Shown: one piece after another, positions 52,271 through 58,800 of the stretch | How the letters are laid out: each line of letters opens with the position of its first letter | Position numbering within the stretch: the stretch's first letter is position 1 | Assembly: GCA_948517135.1 (NCBI GenBank) | Contig: CAORJJ010000001.1 | Span: 1-61,518, forward strand | DNA: 61,518 bases | Source: an uncultured Clostridia bacterium | GTDB lineage: Bacteria; Bacillota; Clostridia; TANB77; CAG-508 | Direction: 5' to 3' | The notes under the pieces: generated by a model | Told to the model about the DNA's origin: nothing | What the model saw: only the letters and a program-made list of their open reading frames with translations | Database searches by the model: none | Made by a program: the position numbers and the translations under genes

Positions 52271-54403
52271 CTGAAAAGTGAATTAGAGAAATCTAATTTT
52301 AGGTATAATATATTAACAACAATTGTGTATCTAGTAGGAATAGTAATATTAATGCAATTATTTAATTTGCAAATAGTAAATGGTTCTGAATATAGAAATG
52401 ATTCAAATAAAAAACTTACTCGTGATGCTAAAATTGAAGCAGCAAGAGGAAGTATAATGGATAGAAGTGGAAATGTTCTGGTGAGTACAGAGATGCACTT
52501 TTCATTAGAAATGTATAAATCTAAAACAGAAGATGAACAATTAAATAATTCTATATTACTTATGACAAATATATTAGAAGCCAATGGAAATGAGTATATA
52601 GATAATTTTCCAATAAGTATAGAGCCATTTGAATTTCATTTTGAAACAGAAGACGAGTTAATCGATTGGAAAACAAAATACAAAATTCCTGAAGCAGCTT
52701 CAGCAGAAGAGGCATTTTATCTATTTAGAGATAAATATAAAATAAATATAGATAATCCAAAAGAAATAAGGCAAATTTTGGCAATAAGATATGCAATTTC
52801 AACAATTGGTTATTCTACAACAAGATCAATTGAAATATCCAAAGAAATATCAAGAGAGAGTGCCGTACAACTTCAAGAAAATTCTCAAAATTTAACTGGT
52901 GTTAATATTGTTATAGAGCCAATTAGAGTATATCATACAGGAAATTTAGCTGCACATATTATTGGATATATGGGAAGATATTCAGATGACGATAAAAAAG
53001 AATTTGAAAAAGAAGGCGATACACATAAATATGATGTTGATGATAAAGTTGGAAGATATGGAATAGAAAAAATATTTGAAAATTATTTAAGAGGAGAAGA
53101 TGGAAAAAAACAAATAGATATGTCTGTTGATGGTATAGTAATGGGTGAATACACATCTCAAGAGGCAATAGGTGGATCAGATGTTGTTTTAACAATAGAT
53201 GCAAATCTTCAAGGAATAACTGAAAGAGCACTAGAAAACAACATAATGAAAATTCGAGAAGGAGGTTTCTCAGAACAGCATCCAGCAGAAGGTGGTGCAG
53301 CAGTTGTTGTAAATGTAAATTCAGGTGAAATATTGGCAATGGCAAGTTATCCAAACTTTCAACCAGAACTGTTTTATAATGGTATTTCACAAGCTCAAAT
53401 GAATGAATATCTTGCAGAAGATGCTTACAATCCATTATATAGTAGAGCAACACAAGGAGCATATCCACCAGGATCAATATTTAAAATGGTTACAGCAGTT
53501 GCAGGTATAGAGGAAGGAAAAATTTCAACAACAGAAAAAGTAAATGATAATGGTAGATTTATTGTTAGTGATGATCCTAATTATCAAAGAAATCCAGCAT
53601 GTTGGTATTTCAATTCTTATGGCAGAGGTCATGGATGGCTAGATGTTAAAGGAGCTATAAAAGCTTCATGTAACTATTACTTTTATGAAGTTGGAAAAAG
53701 AGTTGGTATAGATACATTAGATTATTGGGCAGGTTACTTTGGTCTAGGAAATAAAACAGGAATAGAATTAAGTGAAAGTACTGGAATATTAGCAAAAAGA
53801 GAATTAATTACAGATAGAAATTGGTCACTTGCAGATACAGCATCAGCTTCCATAGGACAGAGTTTAAATACATTTACACCAGTACAAATGGCAAAATACA
53901 TTGCAATGATATCAAATGGAGGACATCCAATTGATTTATCAATTGTAAAAAATGTAGTAAATTCAAATGGAACACAAGTATCGCAAGATGAAGTGGATAA
54001 GTACGTAAGTAAAAAATTAAATAGAGAAATTGCAGTTACAGAAGATAAAAACATTAGTGAAGAAACTATGAATGCTATTCACGAAGGTATGAAATCAGTT
54101 GCAGAAGATGCTGGAGGAACAGCCTATACAATTTTAAAAGATTTTGAAATTGAAATGGGAGGTAAAACAGGATCTGCCGAACTTACAGATGATAAAGAGT
54201 CAAAAGAAGTTATAGCTTGGTTTGCTGGATATGCACCATATGATAATCCTGAAATTGCAATTGTTGTTATGGTTGAAAAGGGAGGACATGGTTCATACGC
54301 AGCAGAAGTTGTAAGAGATATAATGACTGAATACTTTGGAATGAATATGGACGAAATAAGAGAGCCTATGTCTGCAGTGTCAGAAATGGAATCTTTTAGG
54401 TAA
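52271..54403 (+). CDS. mrdA: Penicillin-binding protein 2 (elongation-specific transpeptidase)
   Basis: Motifs SIFK (SxxK), SCN (SxN) and KTGS (KTG). The ORF is open from 52271. A start at CTG 52271 (8 nt after AAAGGAGGTG) preserves the N-terminal TM helix, whereas GTG 52325 has no SD. Confidence 0.88.
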   Translation: MKSELEKSNFRYNILTTIVYLVGIVILMQLFNLQIVNGSEYRNDSNKKLTRDAKIEAARGSIMDRSGNVLVSTEMHFSLEMYKSKTEDEQLNNSILLMTNILEANGNEYIDNFPISIEPFEFHFETEDELIDWKTKYKIPEAASAEEAFYLFRDKYKINIDNPKEIRQILAIRYAISTIGYSTTRSIEISKEISRESAVQLQENSQNLTGVNIVIEPIRVYHTGNLAAHIIGYMGRYSDDDKKEFEKEGDTHKYDVDDKVGRYGIEKIFENYLRGEDGKKQIDMSVDGIVMGEYTSQEAIGGSDVVLTIDANLQGITERALENNIMKIREGGFSEQHPAEGGAAVVVNVNSGEILAMASYPNFQPELFYNGISQAQMNEYLAEDAYNPLYSRATQGAYPPGSIFKMVTAVAGIEEGKISTTEKVNDNGRFIVSDDPNYQRNPACWYFNSYGRGHGWLDVKGAIKASCNYYFYEVGKRVGIDTLDYWAGYFGLGNKTGIELSESTGILAKRELITDRNWSLADTASASIGQSLNTFTPVQMAKYIAMISNGGHPIDLSIVKNVVNSNGTQVSQDEVDKYVSKKLNREIAVTEDKNISEETMNAIHEGMKSVAEDAGGTAYTILKDFEIEMGGKTGSAELTDDKESKEVIAWFAGYAPYDNPEIAIVVMVEKGGHGSYAAEVVRDIMTEYFGMNMDEIREPMSAVSEMESFR

Positions 54404-54414
54404 TAGGAGGAGTT

Positions 54415-55024
54415 ATGCTAGGCAATAATATAAAAATCAGCCAAACTACAAATGAAATTATTTTAAATGTAAATGTAATTGCGGAAATAGATGAAATAAT
54501 TGCGGAGTTAGAAGATAAACTACCAAAACTTAGTGAATTTTATCAAACCTCAACAATGCCAATGAGAGTTACAGGAAGGCTTTTTACAGATTTGGAAATA
54601 GAGAAAGTAAAAAAATTAATTAAATCTCAAATTGATGTAGAAATAAGGTTTGACGATGTATCAGATTTACTAGGATTACATGCAATAAAGAGAACATTTG
54701 AAGTCGATACAGATATATCTGAAACTAAGTTTATACAGTGTTCCCTAAGATCAGGACAGAGAAAGGAATATCCAGGGAGCTTAGTGATTTGTGGAGATGT
54801 AAATGCTGGTGCAGAAGTTATAGCTGGCGGAAATATCATGATTATGGGCGCTTTAAGAGGATTAGCTCACGCAGGAGCTAATCGGAAACAAAATGGCTAT
54901 TATATCAGCTAATTCAATTGATGTTACACAAATTAGAATAGCTAATTTGGTAAGAGAAGTCGGAGAGAAAGGCGAAAGATGTCCTGTTTGTAAAATAGAA
55001 AACAATGAGATAATAATAATCTAA
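54415..55024 (+). pseudogene. minC: minC interrupted by a 1-nt insertion (C at 54883)
   Basis: The zero frame ends ...LAHAGANRKQNGYYIS* at 54912. Skipping C54883 gives ..HAGANGNKMAIISANSIDVTQIRIANLVREV...* ending at 55024. This matches the conserved MinC C-terminal beta-helix. Confidence 0.85.
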
Positions 55025-55410
55025 AAAATAAGAAGAAATAAGGTTATGATTAGAATATAATCATAGCCTTTTTCATTTTTATTAAACAAACTTATACCAA
55101 TATTCTGGGTCTCTAAAATAGTAAGTAAATTGGCAATTTTTATATACTGCTCTAACTTTTCTTGTTTTTCTTCTTCTAAATAAGGCTTTATAGATTGAAG
55201 CAATTTATTTCTAGGGCAATCACGATTTTGATTGATTTTTGTTAACACTTCTTTTATTTTTAATATAGTATTAATATCCAAAGAAAAATCTGAGTTTGTA
55301 TTTTCACATTCATCTTGTTTATTCCCAGAAGTAAAATTGTTTAAATCAATATCTTTTTCTTTAAGTATATTTTGAAATTTAGAGAAAATTTCTGAAAAGT
55401 CTTCATTCAT
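55021..55410 (-). CDS. Hypothetical protein with C-terminal TM helix
   Basis: 129 aa with native composition. Convergent with minC, with a 3-nt overlap. No family recognised. Confidence 0.55.
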   Translation of the reverse strand: MNEDFSEIFSKFQNILKEKDIDLNNFTSGNKQDECENTNSDFSLDINTILKIKEVLTKINQNRDCPRNKLLQSIKPYLEEEKQEKLEQYIKIANLLTILETQNIGISLFNKNEKGYDYILIITLFLLIF

Positions 55411-55411
55411 A

Positions 55412-55531
55412 TTATTTATCTTCTTTCTTTAAATTTGTATTTTCTAGTATCTGTTGAGCCTTATAAAGGTTCTTTTCAAGTTCTTCTTTATCCATTTTAG
55501 AAATTGCAGATAAAATTTTATTAATATCCAT
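55412..55531 (-). CDS. Possible 39-aa small protein upstream of the 129-aa gene
   Basis: ATG 55531 preceded by GGAGG (complement of 55548-55552). Sequence MDINKILSAISKMDKEELEKNLYKAQQILENTNLKKEDK. The stop lies 1 nt before the next start. Not in the ORF track because it is too short. Confidence 0.4.
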   Translation of the reverse strand: MDINKILSAISKMDKEELEKNLYKAQQILENTNLKKEDK

Positions 55532-55863
55532 ATTATCCAAGATAAACTACCTCCTATCTGTAGCATTTTTTTGTATTAATATATGTATATGCAACTTAAA
55601 TGAAAAAGTTGCCAAAAAAACTTAGGGATTTCCACAAATTGTTCATAAACTGTGGAAAACAAAGCATTTAAAGAAAAATGTAATTAAAACTTAATATTTA
55701 TTCAGTTCAGAATCTTAGTAAACACTTCCGTAAAAGGAAAAGTGAAGTGATGAGAAAACCTAGCAAATAGTGCCATTTACAAAGTTTTATAAACAGAGTA
55801 ATATTATATAGTAATATAAAAAAATAGACGTATTTCGTTAATTCTAAAGAAAAGGAGTAATTT

Positions 55864-58800
55864 ATGGAGACAATGAAAGCTAGAAAAAACAGATTTTTAG
55901 TAATTTTAATTGTATTTATGATTTTGTTTTCAAACTTTGGCTATACAATCACTGCAATAGCTACAAGTGATGAATTTGAAGTTATAACCAAAGGACTTTT
56001 CCAAAAAGATGAAGTTAAGTTTAATGCTTATTTTGAAGACGAAAATGGCAATAAAACAACTGAAATTACTGAAAATGTAAAAGAAAAAGTAAAACTAGTT
56101 GTTGAAGTTTTACCACAAGTAGAGGGATATTTGAAAACTGGAACAATTAAAGCAGTTTCAAGTAATGACGATAATATAAACTTTAAATTTACTAGTGTTA
56201 CAGAAAATCTTTTAAGTGATAGAAATTATCAAGCAGCTTTAAAAGATGTTCTTGTAAATGATACTGAGCAAAAGGAGGAAGAGCTTAACGTACCTGAAGA
56301 ACAACCATCTATTAATGATGTTCTTGTACAAGAGCCAGAAGAAAATGTAATTGATACAGATTCTACTAATACTATAGCTCAAAATACAGTAGATACAAAT
56401 GAAGTTGCAGGAACTGATAATACATCAGTATTTCAAAATGCATTATCAAATGAAGAACAATCAAACCCATTTGCTTCTGCATTAGAAACACAAGGAACAT
56501 CTGTAAATGAAAGTGATACAAATACAGCTCAAAGTAATCCATTTTTAGATGCATTATCAACAAATACAGCAGTAGAAGATACAAAAGCAACTGAGTCAGT
56601 AAATCCAAACACAGATACAGTGCAAGATCAAACACCAGACACAGTAGAAGAAAATGATGAAGAGCCAATAGTATCAGAAGATACTTTAGTAAATGAAGAA
56701 GAAATAATTAAAGAGAAAACAGAAGAATCTAGAATAAATGAAGAAATAAGAAATGCTATTCTAGATATTAAGCTTGTATCTGAAAATGAAATTAGTTTAA
56801 ATAATATTATTGATGATACAAAAATTGAGATAGAGATTGAATACAACCAAGGTGAAACATTTAATGTACAAGATTTATTAAAAGATATCAAATTACAAAT
56901 GAGTGGAACATACATTAATAGAAATCTTGAAGAAGTAAAAGTTGGTAAAGAAGAAGAAATCACAATTGGATGGGAATATACAAAAGATATTTCTTTAGAA
57001 AGTGAATTTACAAAATTCTCTCCATTTGAATTACAAGAGATACATGGAACAATAGTAGAAAACAAAATTACAGTTACAAGAGATATTCAAGATGAAAAAT
57101 ATTTACCAGTAAAATCTACAAGACTAGAAATTGTAGTTCCAGAAGTTAATGGAAAAAAACCAATAGCAGTAGATGTTTTAGCAAGTAAATTATTAGCAAC
57201 AAAAGGTGAAGACTCAGGATATGTAACATTTAATTCTGAAAATTGGAATTATGATGATGTAAATGGTTTAATAAATGTTTTTGTAGAAAACGACCAAAAT
57301 GCTTACTCATCAGGAACTGACGAATACGTAATTATATATAGATATGAAGATTATATTAGTAGCGAAAATTCTAACTTATTAAAGAATGTAAAAGCAACAG
57401 TTACAGAATATAGTGGAACAGAAAACAATACAATTATTAAAGAAATTAAAGATTCACAAGAGATTAAAGTAGATGTTGGTGAATTAGTTACTTATAGTAT
57501 TGGAACAAATGAAGATATTCTAAACAAAGGTAGAATTTATGCAAACTACAATTCAGAAAATGCATTGTATGAAACTACATTTACAAATCAAGTAAATGTA
57601 AATGTTTTAACAAGTGATGTTTTACAACAATTAAAATTAGACTGTTCAAAAGATGTTTATAAAGATGCTAACGGAGTTGAACTTCCTGCACAAGGAATCG
57701 AATATAAAGAAATAAAATTCAATTTTTCAGAAATTAGTTCAATATTATCTGAAGGTGGAGAAATAGTAATAACAAATACAGCAAATGAAACACTATATAT
57801 TTTAAACAAAGATGCTGTTACAAAAGAAGAAGATTGTGTTATTGGATTAAATGGTGCAAATGGAATTTATGTTTATGTAAATAATATTTCAAGAAATGGA
57901 GCAATTAATTTTGAAATAACAAAAGCAATTAAGAAATGTAATTATGACAAATCTATTTTTAAAGGAATTACTCAAATTGAAACTAGAATTTCAGGAGAAG
58001 TTAAATACTTAAACATAGAAGATAGACTTGCATTACAAACAATAGCAATAGCTAAAAATTTTGAAGAGAGTAAAACAGAAGCTACATTATCTATTAGTAG
58101 AACTTCATTATCTACAATAAGTTCAAATGATAATGTAGAGTTAAAAATTGAATTGAACAATGATAAAGAAACAAGCGATTTATATATAAATCCAAGTTTT
58201 GAAGTTGTATTCCCTAAATATGTAAAATCAGTTGCAATTGAATCTATAAACTTACTAAATGATTGTGGATTAAGAGTTAGTGATTTTGAAACATATACTG
58301 AAAGTGACCTTGTAAAATTGAGAATTGAACTAAGTGGAACTCAAACAACATTTAGTGAAAATTCAATTACAAATGGTACAAACATTATAATAAATGCAAA
58401 TATTGAAGTTGATAATTATGCACCAGCAAGAGAAGACCAAGTAAAACTATATTACTGCAATGAGGGTGTAGCAACATATCAAGCTCAAACAAAGTGGTCA
58501 TTAAATAAAAAAGCTGTACCAAATGGTATTTTAAAAACAACAAATGGATTTGACGTAGAAGTTATTAAATACCAAGCTCCAACAGGACTTTTAGCTATAA
58601 ATGGTATAGTTAATTATGATGGGAATTTAAGTGAAGTAAGATCTGTAAAACAAGGAGAAGTTGCAAAAGAGATTCCTGTAAACTCACCATCAAGAATTGC
58701 AACAATGGAATTACTTGCATTAAATAATACAGAAAATACTTGTTCAGATGTTATTTTACTAGGAAGAATTCCTTTCAAAGGAAATAAAGATATTATTTCT

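Noticed and set aside
52234-52584. 116-aa minus-strand ORF spanning the mreD-PBP2 junction.
   Set aside because: It is antisense to the SD and N-terminus of PBP2, has no SD of its own, and gives a low-complexity translation.
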